Shown piece by piece: positions 41,703-51,005 of a stretch of 64,000 nucleotides of DNA. Under the pieces are notes generated by a model. It did no database searches, had not been told where the DNA came from, and was given only the letters and a program-made list of their open reading frames with translations. Within the stretch, counting starts at the first letter, position 1. Every line of letters begins with the position of its first letter. Location of the stretch: positions 1,632,001-1,696,000 of the forward strand of contig OY970359.1 in the NCBI GenBank assembly GCA_963718665.1, in the 5' to 3' direction. The translations under genes were made by a program, and so were the position numbers. Source of the DNA: an uncultured Phycisphaerales bacterium. Lineage in GTDB: Bacteria; Planctomycetota; Phycisphaerae; Sedimentisphaerales; Anaerobacaceae.

Positions 41703-42053
41703 CTCTCTTCTTCATTTCTCTTCTCCATACCGCCCGCATTGCCCATATTAACATATTGGTGCATCAACAACCGATTTCTCAGTATTGATTTTAGCGGACT
41801 CTCCACTATCACGCCCCTAATGCTCCTATATTAACATAACAGTGGTAGTTGAATCAATCGGGAATTTCCTTAGGCCGGTAATAAGTAATTATGGCAGATA
41901 AAAATCCGTTTGTAGGGCATATAAAATCGCCAATTTTTGGGTCTATTTGCCGTCGAGGATTGCTTAAGTCGAGTTTGTTTTAGTCCGATATAGCCAGTAG
42001 TATTATTCTGCGCCGTAAGGCCGGAATAAACGACCATAAAAAAAGGATTTTGT

Positions 42054-42548
42054 ATGGCAACTATCCTGGTAGTTGAAGACGAGTTGGATATGCAGAAAGT
42101 CGTCGCCAAACGGCTTTCCAGCAGGGGCTTCACTGTCCACTGCGCATCAGATGGCTATCAGGCGGTGCAGAAGGCGCACAAGATAGCTCCCGATTTAATC
42201 GTGCTGGATTTACAACTGCCCGCGGGCGACGGCCTGAGCGTTCTGCGAAAACTGCGAATTTCCAAAAACACCAAAAAGACGCATATTGTTGTCCTGACCG
42301 GTATGACCAACGAACTGTTTAAGCAGAGCGTCCTGACCGAAGGCGTCGATGCGTATCTGCAAAAACCCTACGATTCACAGGTTCTTCTCGATACTATCGA
42401 TAAAATCCTCGGCAAAAAAGAAACCCCCGCGGGTTCAGAAGTTCCCAAAGCCGATGCCTCACCGGTGCCGGACAGTGAAAAGAAAGGCACGCCGGAAGAG
42501 CCGACGCTTTTCGATTTCGCCGCGAGCAGGAATCAACCCGGCAAGTAG
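42054..42548 (+). CDS. Single-domain response regulator with acidic/Pro tail
   Basis: ILVVEDE, DLIVLDLQLP..DG, VVLTG, YLQKP. Confidence 0.88.
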   Translation: MATILVVEDELDMQKVVAKRLSSRGFTVHCASDGYQAVQKAHKIAPDLIVLDLQLPAGDGLSVLRKLRISKNTKKTHIVVLTGMTNELFKQSVLTEGVDAYLQKPYDSQVLLDTIDKILGKKETPAGSEVPKADASPVPDSEKKGTPEEPTLFDFAASRNQPGK

Positions 42549-43624
42549 AAATAGAACGTTGTTCCTTTACCCGGTTTTGATTCGGCCCGGATTTTTCCTT
42601 TGTGTTGTTCGATAATCAGTTTTGAGATGGCAAGTCCCAGCCCCGTGCCCTCTATGTCTTTTACCTTCGTTGACTTGATTTGCCCGTATTTTTTGAATAG
42701 CTTACCGAGGTCGTCTTTGCTTATCCCGCAGCCGGTGTCCGCGATTGCGACTTCTATGCCGCTTTCGTCTTTTCTTGTGCGGATGACGATGCTGCCCTCG
42801 GTTGTGAATTTAAAGGCGTTGCTGACGAGGTTGGTTACGACGCGAGTGATGCCGTCGTAATCGAATTCTATTTTGGGCAGTCCTTCTTCAAGCTCAATTC
42901 GCAGGTCCACCCCTTTTTGTCTGGCGACCGGCCCCATCATTTTGTAAACGTCGTTTGCCAGTTCATTTATGTCGTTTTCCGCGATGTTGAACTGCTGTTT
43001 GTCGGCGTCGATTTTCTCGAAGTCGAGAAAGTCCGTTATAAGCCGGGTCAGCCGTTCGACGTTTCTTTTGGCAAGCGTGAGAAACTCCTTTTGTTCCTCG
43101 TTGACCGCACCCGCGTCTCCGCCGGCAACGATATCAATGCCCTCTTTGATTGCCGTAAGCGGTATTCGCAGGTCGTGCGAGACCATATTCACCAGGTCCG
43201 CTTTGGCGGCGAGCGCCTCTTTGAGTTTCCGCTCCACCTTTTTGCGTTCCAGCGCGTAGAGCAGCGTTCTGCCGAGCATACTTGCAATCGCCGGACCTTT
43301 TACGAGATAATCCGTCGCGCCGAGGTTTATCGCCGAAATGCCTGTTTGGTCGTCCGCCAATCCTGTCAGGACAACGACCGGGATTTCTCCTGCCGCCGAG
43401 AGCGCACCTTTGACCGTCTCAAGTCCCGCACTATCCGGCAGCCCCAAATCGAACAGCGCCACGTCGAATAGTTCGCGTTTGAGCTTGTCTATTCCCGTGG
43501 CCATTGTGCCGGCGGTCTCAACCTCGAATTTAACGGGAAGCGGCGAGTTGGCCAAAGCCCTTTTAGCCGTCATACAATCCAATTCGTCGTCATCAACCAC
43601 CAGTATGCGAATTTTAGGCGTCAT
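42533..43624 (-). CDS. Cytoplasmic hybrid histidine kinase (REC-HisKA-HATPase)
   Basis: ILVVDDD, SHDLRIPL, NLVSNAFKF, DTGCGI, GTGLGL. Confidence 0.9.
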   Translation of the reverse strand: MTPKIRILVVDDDELDCMTAKRALANSPLPVKFEVETAGTMATGIDKLKRELFDVALFDLGLPDSAGLETVKGALSAAGEIPVVVLTGLADDQTGISAINLGATDYLVKGPAIASMLGRTLLYALERKKVERKLKEALAAKADLVNMVSHDLRIPLTAIKEGIDIVAGGDAGAVNEEQKEFLTLAKRNVERLTRLITDFLDFEKIDADKQQFNIAENDINELANDVYKMMGPVARQKGVDLRIELEEGLPKIEFDYDGITRVVTNLVSNAFKFTTEGSIVIRTRKDESGIEVAIADTGCGISKDDLGKLFKKYGQIKSTKVKDIEGTGLGLAISKLIIEQHKGKIRAESKPGKGTTFYFYLPG

Positions 43625-43893
43625 ATTACTCTCCCTGCCACCCCTTAGGGATGGCGAAGTCTCGCCGTCGGCTGTTCCGGCGGACTTGAAATCAATATTC
43701 CATTCTTTATAGCGGCGGATTCTAAATCATCAAGCATCAATTAGCAATCATCAAGTTCTTGTGATGGAAGCTCATCTTTGATTGTAACCGCTTGTTAATA
43801 ATATGGTTAGGCGTTTTGCGCCAAAAATGGTGCTAAAGGCCGTTAAAATATGCTATAATGAAAATCGACATGGTTTTTTGTGGGGGTGTTGTG

Positions 43894-45387
43894 ATGAAAC
43901 CGAATAAAGCTTTTTGCGTTATCTTCGGCTGGCTTATGGCGGGGCTTATAGCAACGTCATTGGCCGAAGGTGGACAAACATTTATCAGCAACGCCGGTTT
44001 TGAAGTCAATACCTGGGGCACCGGTTTCGCCGATGAATGGTGGTCTTGGCCTACCGAAAATGCTGCTTATCACAACCCCGACCCGAACAATGCCCATAGC
44101 GGCAATGCGTATATCACTATTTCTGCGGACTCCAACGAATGGCCCAACGTCGGTATTACTTCGCCGATACGCGTATCGTATGACACAAACTACATACTCG
44201 GCGGATACATCGCGGACGCTAATGGCGGGCAGAGCGGCCAGAATCTTTACGGCACCGCCGGGATTAGAGTTGATTGGTATGCAAACGCAAGCGACTCGTA
44301 TGATATGCGGCTCGGCTCCGACTACATTACTCCAGCCGTACCGAAGGACGGCAATTATTACTATTACTCGGGCACATTCCGCAACCACTATGACGCCAAC
44401 TACGTCCAGATTATTCTTGCGGCCACAAAAACTTCCGGACAAACCCCGACCTTCAAATTCGATGATATCGTATTCGCACTGGCGAACCCGCCGGCCAAAC
44501 CGGACTTTAACGGTGACAGGACGGTCAACTTCATCGATTTCGCGCTGCTGGCCCAGGGATACAAAAAGGCCATTCCCACATACGATATGGATGGCGACGG
44601 CACTTTCAGCATTTCTGACCTTGCAATATTTACGCACGACTGGTTAAGGATTATCCCCGACATCCCCGGCTACCAGTTTGTCTGGTCAGATGAGTTCGAC
44701 GGCGTCCAACTCGACCGCACAAACTGGACCTACGACGTAGGCGATAGTTGGCCTAACGGCGAACTCGAGTCCTATACAGACCGGCCGGATAATTCGGTAG
44801 TCCAGAACGGCTGCCTTGTCATAATCGCAAAACAGGAAAATTACAACTCCAACAACTACACCTCGGCGCGTCTTCGCTCTCAGACCAAGGCCGACTTCCT
44901 CTACGGAAGAATGGCCGCTCGCATCAAACTGCCCGTGGGTCAGGGTATTTGGCCTGCGTTCTGGATGATGCCCACCTGCTCGGTTTACGGCGGATGGCCC
45001 AGCAGCGGAGAAATTGATATTCTGGAAACAATTAACCAGGGCGACCGCGTCTATGGCACTATGCATTTTACTAACGCCCAGGGTCAGCAAGCATCATCCG
45101 GCGGTTCATACTACGCAAACGGCCTTTGTTTCGCGAACGATTTCCACGAGTACGCCATCGAATGGGATCCCAACGAAATCCGCTGGTATGTAGATAATGT
45201 TGAGTACTTTTCCGAGACCAAATGGAGCAGCGGCACTTATCCTTATCCTGCCCCGTTCGACCAGCAATTCTACTTCATCCTCAACGTGGCAATCGGCGGC
45301 AGCTGGGCGGGCCCGCCGGACCAAACAACCGTTTTTCCGCAGCAAATGCTTGTCGACTGGGTCCGCGTCTATCAAAAGAACCCCTGA
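43894..45387 (+). CDS. Secreted GH16 beta-glucanase with CBM-like and dockerin-like domains
   Basis: DFNGDRTVNFIDF / DMDGDG EF-hand pair; WSDEF, WPAFWM, GEIDILE. Confidence 0.88.
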   Translation: MKPNKAFCVIFGWLMAGLIATSLAEGGQTFISNAGFEVNTWGTGFADEWWSWPTENAAYHNPDPNNAHSGNAYITISADSNEWPNVGITSPIRVSYDTNYILGGYIADANGGQSGQNLYGTAGIRVDWYANASDSYDMRLGSDYITPAVPKDGNYYYYSGTFRNHYDANYVQIILAATKTSGQTPTFKFDDIVFALANPPAKPDFNGDRTVNFIDFALLAQGYKKAIPTYDMDGDGTFSISDLAIFTHDWLRIIPDIPGYQFVWSDEFDGVQLDRTNWTYDVGDSWPNGELESYTDRPDNSVVQNGCLVIIAKQENYNSNNYTSARLRSQTKADFLYGRMAARIKLPVGQGIWPAFWMMPTCSVYGGWPSSGEIDILETINQGDRVYGTMHFTNAQGQQASSGGSYYANGLCFANDFHEYAIEWDPNEIRWYVDNVEYFSETKWSSGTYPYPAPFDQQFYFILNVAIGGSWAGPPDQTTVFPQQMLVDWVRVYQKNP

Positions 45388-45440
45388 AACGCATACTCCT
45401 TCAGTTGTTCGCAATCCGCGCATAACTTCTGTTTAATTCG

Positions 45441-45566
45441 GATGCTTGGTTGAACTCATCCGGTCAAACCAACTGGAATCCGGCCTGCGATATCAGCTCG
45501 CCGAAAGATAATGTAATTGATTTCAGGGACTTCGCTGTCTTTGCCGCCGACTGGCGCAAATACTGA
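45441..45566 (+). pseudogene. Orphan dockerin-like C-terminal gene remnant
   Basis: Translates DAWLNSSGQTNWNPACDISSPKDNVIDFRDFAVFAADWRKY* with no start. Confidence 0.6.
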
Positions 45567-45616
45567 TAGATTGCTTCTTGCGGAAAATTGCGGACATACC
45601 GCGAATTGTCACGATA

Positions 45617-46015
45617 TCAGCGTTTTTTCGCTGGCTTTTCCATTTCCGTTTTGAGCCATTCAATCGCCTCGGCGGGTTCTGAAAACACCCTGAATTGCAG
45701 CGACGAGATGATTGAGACGTTCTCGAAAAATGTGAAGTTGCCGCTACGGGGCGACGCAGGGTCGAACAAAATCGCCACCTTATATTCAGGCCCTATGCCG
45801 ATTTCCTTGAATAACTTGGGCAGGTTGTCAATTTGCAGAATGGTTAAGTTGGTCTGCAAAAGCCGGTGGTCAACGAGGACCTTTTTCGTGCCGTGATGCT
45901 CCGCTGCCGCAAAGGCCTCCTGTGTCATAATTTTGTTGTCGTCCCAGGTGATAAGACCGGAGGTCTTAACAATCAGGATGCCATCTTTTTCATTGTGTTC
46001 GATTTGCCATTTCAT
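45617..46015 (-). CDS. STAS/SpoIIAA-like small protein
   Basis: KVLVDHR, KVAIL, FRVFSE..EAIEWL. Confidence 0.65.
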   Translation of the reverse strand: MKWQIEHNEKDGILIVKTSGLITWDDNKIMTQEAFAAAEHHGTKKVLVDHRLLQTNLTILQIDNLPKLFKEIGIGPEYKVAILFDPASPRSGNFTFFENVSIISSLQFRVFSEPAEAIEWLKTEMEKPAKKR

Positions 46016-46302
46016 TACTTGCCCCCTGACTATTATATTATATGCTGGAGCAGAGAGGGAATCAATAGATGATTACGTGGGGCTTGCCGTTTCTCGCGGA
46101 AAGCGGGCGATGAGCCGCTCCGTGGACGACTCGGTCCCTATCGCAGCGTCTGCCAGTGCCATGTTATCCGGACGTGCCGGAACAACCGATGGCTCGGGTT
46201 TTCTTCTACTTATATAATACGATGCGTTAAAGGGTTCGCAAATCGCCAACTGTGCGATATCGCGTGCAATTGATTGTAGCGACAAAGGGAAAAAGAGAGT
46301 TA

Positions 46303-46418
46303 TTACTCCGGCTCCTGCTTTTGCATCAGTTCGATTATCTCGGCCTTTGTGGGCATCGTGTCAACCGACCCGAATTTGGTGCAGGCAATCGCACCCACCG
46401 CCGATGCGAACCTTACCG
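46303..46418 (-). repeat. Duplicated 3' end of the ribokinase gene
   Basis: Near-identical to 48583-48698, including the stop codon. Confidence 0.9.
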
Positions 46419-46668
46419 ACTATTTACTGCTTAAAAAGGTGTTGAAATCAAAAATTATGAAGAAATCTGCCGCGTTTTTGGGCTAAAACGGGCGTTCGGG
46501 AAAGTCGGAAAAATTATCAAAAAACAGCATTTCTGGGCCTGGAGAGGCCTATTTCGGATTTACTAATAATATTTTCACCTCGGTGTATATGACAAAATCG
46601 CCTTTTCTCTCAGATTAGATGCTTTTTGCGGATACCCCAGATTTTTAATAGGAATTCCGACTTTGCGC

Positions 46669-46697
46669 TTGACATTATCGGTTTTTGCGTATAGAAT
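46669..46697 (+). promoter_or_regulatory. Sigma70-type promoter for the PEP-CTERM pair
   Basis: TTGACA-N17-TAGAAT. Confidence 0.7.
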
Positions 46698-46890
46698 TTT
46701 AGTTGCCAGTTGCTTAGGCCACATCAGGCCAGCCGGTGGCACGAAGAAGGACGAAGAGAGTGATGAGAAGAAGGAAAGAGAGCGCTGGTTTTGTGTTCAT
46801 AGTGAGTATTAGTATCTCTCTTTTATCTCCCGCAGCATCGTTCCTCACATCTTGAAATCCATATTGTTTATTTTTGGGGAGGAGAAGAGT

Positions 46891-47532
46891 ATGAAAAAGT
46901 TAGTAACAATTTGTGCAGTGGTAATTTTTGTTATGGCGATGTCCGCTGGCGCGACAACTGTCAATTACACAGTGTCTGGCTGGGGGCCAACGCAGTATCC
47001 CGGTCCTGTCACTCCACCGGAGGGGTCTCCTCGTGGCCCCAGCGGTTACCCGGGTGATACGGTAGAGCTTGTCACCTACACAGGCACCCTCGATCTTACC
47101 CCAGGCACATATGATTTGAAGATCAACACCCTTTTATGGTCAGTAGATTTCACCTATGCGGGTACTGATACCCAGTGGGACTACCCAGCCCATTGGAGTG
47201 ATCTGTCGTTCAATATTAACGCAGGCCGCGGTATGTCCATCGGAACGGCTGCTGATTCCCTGAGCCAGAACGGTCTACTCGGAGTCACTTGGTTTTACGA
47301 CTGCCTCTCGTTCTCTCAGGGGGCAGTGACTTCCTTCGTCGTCGACGGTTACCGAGTTGATGTTACGCCGCTCGAAGTCGCGCCCACTGATGCTGGGGGC
47401 ACTGTTGGTCCCCCCTGGGTCCAGCCCGAGCAAGACGTGATGGCGAGATTCGACGTCACTGTTGTTCCCGAGCCGGCAACGATGTGTCTGCTTGGTCTTG
47501 GCGCGTTGGGTCTGCTGAAAAGACGCAGTTGA
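46891..47532 (+). CDS. PEP-CTERM surface protein
   Basis: MKKLVTICAV signal; VPEPATMCLLGLGALGLLKRRS. Confidence 0.88.
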   Translation: MKKLVTICAVVIFVMAMSAGATTVNYTVSGWGPTQYPGPVTPPEGSPRGPSGYPGDTVELVTYTGTLDLTPGTYDLKINTLLWSVDFTYAGTDTQWDYPAHWSDLSFNINAGRGMSIGTAADSLSQNGLLGVTWFYDCLSFSQGAVTSFVVDGYRVDVTPLEVAPTDAGGTVGPPWVQPEQDVMARFDVTVVPEPATMCLLGLGALGLLKRRS

Positions 47533-47611
47533 ATTAGAAAAAAACTCGCGAAGTTGTGTAATTTGCGAGAGTAAAAAAGAGGTCGAGAGTGATGAAGAGG
47601 AAGGAAAGAGA

Positions 47612-48460
47612 ATGAAAAAATTAATTACAATTTGTGCAGTACTAATGATTGCTTTGGCCGGTACGGCTCAGGCGCAAATTGCGACGTATTCGGATTTTGC
47701 AGGATATGCAATCCGCCCTGGCACCAGTGGCAGTTATACAACGTCCGTAGCAAGTGACAATACAAATCAGACATTCACTGTTACCGCCGTCGGCGGCGGA
47801 AAAGTGGCAATCGGCACCTCGGCTATGAATGGCCTGAAGGTTTCCGATTTCGTCAATTTTAAGTTCTCTAATTCTGTTTCTGTTACCGCTGCCGGTCAAA
47901 TAGTTTATCCTAATTTTTGGGTAACCGATGGAACCGCCAACCACTACGCACTTGTCTCTGTAAATGCCATCAACGGCCAAACGCAGGACGATTTTCCGGT
48001 TTATACTGAGATGGCCTCTTCAGGCGGTATGGGCGAAAGTTACTTTGAAAATCTTGCTATACGTGTCTATGCCACCAATACAACCGATCTTAGTTGGCTC
48101 TATCCCAATAGCGTTCAGATGGCCAAATTCGGCGGCTGGAGTCAGTCGTTATGGAAATCTTCCAACGCCTCGACAATAGATCCGGTTAAGGTCTCCGATA
48201 TTGGCAATCTCTATTTTGGTTCACCTTTTATTTCTGCGACGGTCCCCGGTATCGCTGGTAATCCCGCGTGGTCTTATGTGGGGACGGGTGACCCGCAAAT
48301 GCCTCAAACATTCTACCTGATGTGCGGCGATACAAGCGGAAGTGTCCAGAACTTCGGTTATACACTGAGCAATTTGGAATTGCAGTATATTCCTGAGCCG
48401 GCGACAATTTGTCTGCTTGGTCTTGGTGCGCTGGGTCTGTTGAGGAAACGCAGGGCATAA
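47612..48460 (+). CDS. PEP-CTERM surface protein
   Basis: MKKLITICAV signal; IPEPATICLLGLGALGLLRKRRA. Confidence 0.88.
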   Translation: MKKLITICAVLMIALAGTAQAQIATYSDFAGYAIRPGTSGSYTTSVASDNTNQTFTVTAVGGGKVAIGTSAMNGLKVSDFVNFKFSNSVSVTAAGQIVYPNFWVTDGTANHYALVSVNAINGQTQDDFPVYTEMASSGGMGESYFENLAIRVYATNTTDLSWLYPNSVQMAKFGGWSQSLWKSSNASTIDPVKVSDIGNLYFGSPFISATVPGIAGNPAWSYVGTGDPQMPQTFYLMCGDTSGSVQNFGYTLSNLELQYIPEPATICLLGLGALGLLRKRRA

Positions 48461-48492
48461 GAAGCTCGAAAAGACAATTTGTTTTATAAATC

Positions 48493-48525
48493 AAAGGGCT
48501 GTGTTCAAACAACACAGCCCTTTTT
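48493..48525 (+). terminator. Intrinsic terminator (likely bidirectional)
   Basis: AAAGGGCTGTGTT-CAAAC-AACACAGCCCTTTTT. Confidence 0.8.
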
Positions 48526-48582
48526 CTATTCAGGATTTTAGCCGATATTAAGCCCGTTTTGTGATTTTGGTCAGCCGGCGGA

Positions 48583-49545
48583 TTACTCCGGCTCCTGCTT
48601 TTGCATCAGCTCGATTATCTCGGCCTTTGTGGGCATCGCGTCAACCGACCCGAATTTGGTGCAGGCCATCGCACCCGCCGCCGACGCGAATTTTACGGCC
48701 TTTCGCAAATCATCGCCCACCGCCAGTGATGCCGCCAGTGCCCCGGCGAATGCGTCTCCCGTTCCCGTGTGGTCAACCAGCTCGATTGGATAAGCCGGCA
48801 CGTGGTCGGCGTTGTCCCTGTCAACGACCATACAGCCGCGTCTGCCCATAGTTATAACCGCCGCCCCCACTCCCCTGGCGACGAGGTCTGAGCCGACCAT
48901 TTTCGCGGTGCGGATATTGGCGCTGGAATGCTCGCTTATCAGCGACGCCTCGTAAAGATTCGGTATCATAACGTCCACCGAGAAATACTCCGCGGGCAGC
49001 GTCGTTTCCACTCCGGCGCACGAACCGCCCAGCACGCCCGCCGGGTCAAGAATCACTTTTTTGCCGTACAGCTTGGCGATTGTGATGGTTTTGATAATTG
49101 CTTCTTTAAGCAGCCCGGCGTGAATCAGGCACACGTCCGCCTCCGCTATCGCCCGCTCCGCAAGCTCGATATCCGCCGGCACAAGCGCAAGGTTAGCCCC
49201 GTCGTATATAATGCTCGCGTTTTCGCCCTTGGTATCTACAAGCGTCAGGATGACGCCCGTGTTTTTCGCCTGCGCAGTGAAGACGTATTTGGTTTTTACG
49301 TCGTATTGTTCCAATACTGATTTTATCGTCGCCCCAAGCGGGCAGTTGCTGATTTTGCTGATTAAATGAACTTCGCAGCCGCAAAGTGCCGCCTCGATGG
49401 CCTGATTGACTCCCGGCCCCGTAGCCGTCAGTGATAATGCCGTTCCCGTTGCCGTCTGGCCCGCCGCCGGCACCTCCGTGCACTTTATCGCAAGGTCAAC
49501 GTATGCCCCGCCGACAACAACTACGTTAGGATTCCTTTCCGACAT
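48583..49545 (-). CDS. rbsK: Ribokinase (PfkB family)
   Basis: VVVVGG..VDL, GPGVNQA, PNLYEA, VDHTGTGDAFAGALA. Confidence 0.8.
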   Translation of the reverse strand: MSERNPNVVVVGGAYVDLAIKCTEVPAAGQTATGTALSLTATGPGVNQAIEAALCGCEVHLISKISNCPLGATIKSVLEQYDVKTKYVFTAQAKNTGVILTLVDTKGENASIIYDGANLALVPADIELAERAIAEADVCLIHAGLLKEAIIKTITIAKLYGKKVILDPAGVLGGSCAGVETTLPAEYFSVDVMIPNLYEASLISEHSSANIRTAKMVGSDLVARGVGAAVITMGRRGCMVVDRDNADHVPAYPIELVDHTGTGDAFAGALAASLAVGDDLRKAVKFASAAGAMACTKFGSVDAMPTKAEIIELMQKQEPE

Positions 49546-49752
49546 ATCAATTCCTCAAAGATTGTCTATTATTGCGTGAGTATATCCCGCCCCGACCTAT
49601 TTGCAACCCTTTTTGTTTTTCTTCTACAACCTATTTCATGGCTGTCATTCCCGTGACACGGAGCATAGCGAAGGGCCTGCTTCATAAGGTGGGAATTCAG
49701 AAGCCCGTTTTTGCCGTAATATGAATCCTGATTGTTTCGTGTGCTCGTAGTC

Positions 49753-49806
49753 GTAAGGCGGGGCTTGCCCCGCCAAATAGAATAGGTGGGGTAAAGTCCA
49801 CCCTAC
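49753..49806. repeat. Inverted pair of GTAG-type REPs (REPIN-like)
   Basis: GTAAGGCGGGGCTTGCCCCGCC on + and GTAGGGTGGACTTTACCCCACC on -. Confidence 0.6.
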
Positions 49807-49986
49807 AAAATTCCTTGCCAAACGGCCACTTGAAGCAATCAGCAAATTATGTGCCCTATAAGGCCCATAATTGGAAAGTATTTGTAAGCTTTTGCCAAAC
49901 AATATCTTGTGATTCGCAGCATATACAGTGGTAGTCCTTTCTGGGGGCAAAATACGAACTACTAACGACGAAATACGGAAAATGAT

Positions 49987-50058
49987 TGGGCCCGGAAGGG
50001 ATCGGACCTTCGACCAATGGATTATGAGTCCACTGCTCTACCGCTGAGCTACGAGCCC
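49987..50058 (-). tRNA. tRNA with CAT anticodon (probably Ile2, possibly Met); CCA not encoded
   Basis: GGGCTCGTAGCTCAGCGGTAGAGCAGTGGACTCATAATCCATTGGTCGAAGGTCCGATCCCTTCCGGGCCCA folds as a cloverleaf. Confidence 0.9.
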
Positions 50059-50153
50059 GTAACTGCTTTCAGGATAACCGTTTCCACCCCAACCTGTCAA
50101 TATCAATACGCCCAAAAGGGGCCATGGTGTCAGTTTTGGTGTCAGTCATCCAC

Positions 50154-50267
50154 TCAGACCGCCGCAATACTCTTTAGAATCCTGCCAGCCGAAGCAAGGT
50201 CGTCTGGGCGAACGGCCAGATAATACTTCTGCGTGGTCGAGATGTCAGCGTGTCCGGCAAGCTGTTT
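50154..50267 (-). pseudogene. C-terminal stub of a tyrosine integrase
   Basis: KQLAGHADISTTQKYYLAVRPDDLASAGRILKSIAAV* contains the box II His and catalytic Tyr. Confidence 0.8.
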
Positions 50268-50341
50268 TCCGAAGTGGGCGCGGCATGGGCTAAAAAGTCC
50301 AGCAACTTTGATTTGAGGGATTATAAAAAATTCCCCACCTG

Positions 50342-50528
50342 TGCTATAAAAAAAATCGTCCGATGCTAAGTATTTGGGAAAGCCGAACTTACAGGTAGCT
50401 TATTTTGTTGAAATTGGTCTACTTTCCTTTGGTTCCGCGATATAATTCCTATGTCGGGAGTGCCTTAGTGGGCTTTTGAAGTCATACAGGAGAGAGGCCT
50501 GATGGATGGGATGAATTTTTTTACAGTT
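50342..50528 (+). repeat. ~190-bp island repeat, copy A
   Basis: Aligns with copies B, C and D. Confidence 0.85.
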
Positions 50529-50761
50529 CTAGTGAAATGATGGCTGCCTATATCAGTCGCGGCTAAAGGCAGGGTAGGCCTTAGATCCATGTCAGGGTAT
50601 AGAGGCGTGACATTCAGTAAAGGTTTGACGGATAAAAAGTTACGCATTTTGGGGTGTCCAAAATACCGACAGATCCGCCACTCATTTAGCCATTTTTAAG
50701 CCAAATTATGATCCGATTCTTATCTCTAGGTCCTTATATGATGCCCCCGCTAGTGGTTTCA

Positions 50762-50800
50762 AGAGATAACTTCCTGTTTAACAGGAAGTTATCTCTTTTT
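50762..50800 (+). terminator. Strong hairpin with T-run, duplicated at ~60011-60050
   Basis: AGAGATAACTTCCTGTT-T-AACAGGAAGTTATCTCT-TTTT. Confidence 0.7.
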
Positions 50801-50822
50801 CTTTATGCCCAAGTTAGTCCTG

Positions 50823-50999
50823 TACTATAAAAATATTAGTCCGATGCTAATTTTTTGAAAAACCTGAACTTACAAGCAGCTTATTTTGTTGAAATTGGTC
50901 GCCTTTTCTTTGGTTCCGCGATATATTCCTACGTTGAGAGTGTCGTGGTAAGTTTTTAAAGTCATACGGGAGGGCGGTCTGATGGATATTTTTACAGTA
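50823..50999 (+). repeat. ~190-bp island repeat, copy B
   Basis: TACTATAAAAA...TTTTTACAGTA imperfect terminal inverted repeats. Confidence 0.85.
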
Positions 51000-51005
51000 A
51001 GCGTG

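Noticed and set aside
41700..41715. Possible frameshift joining MKKR to the PEP-CTERM signal peptide
   Set aside because: The in-frame ATG at 41702 already gives a usable signal; cannot be decided without reads
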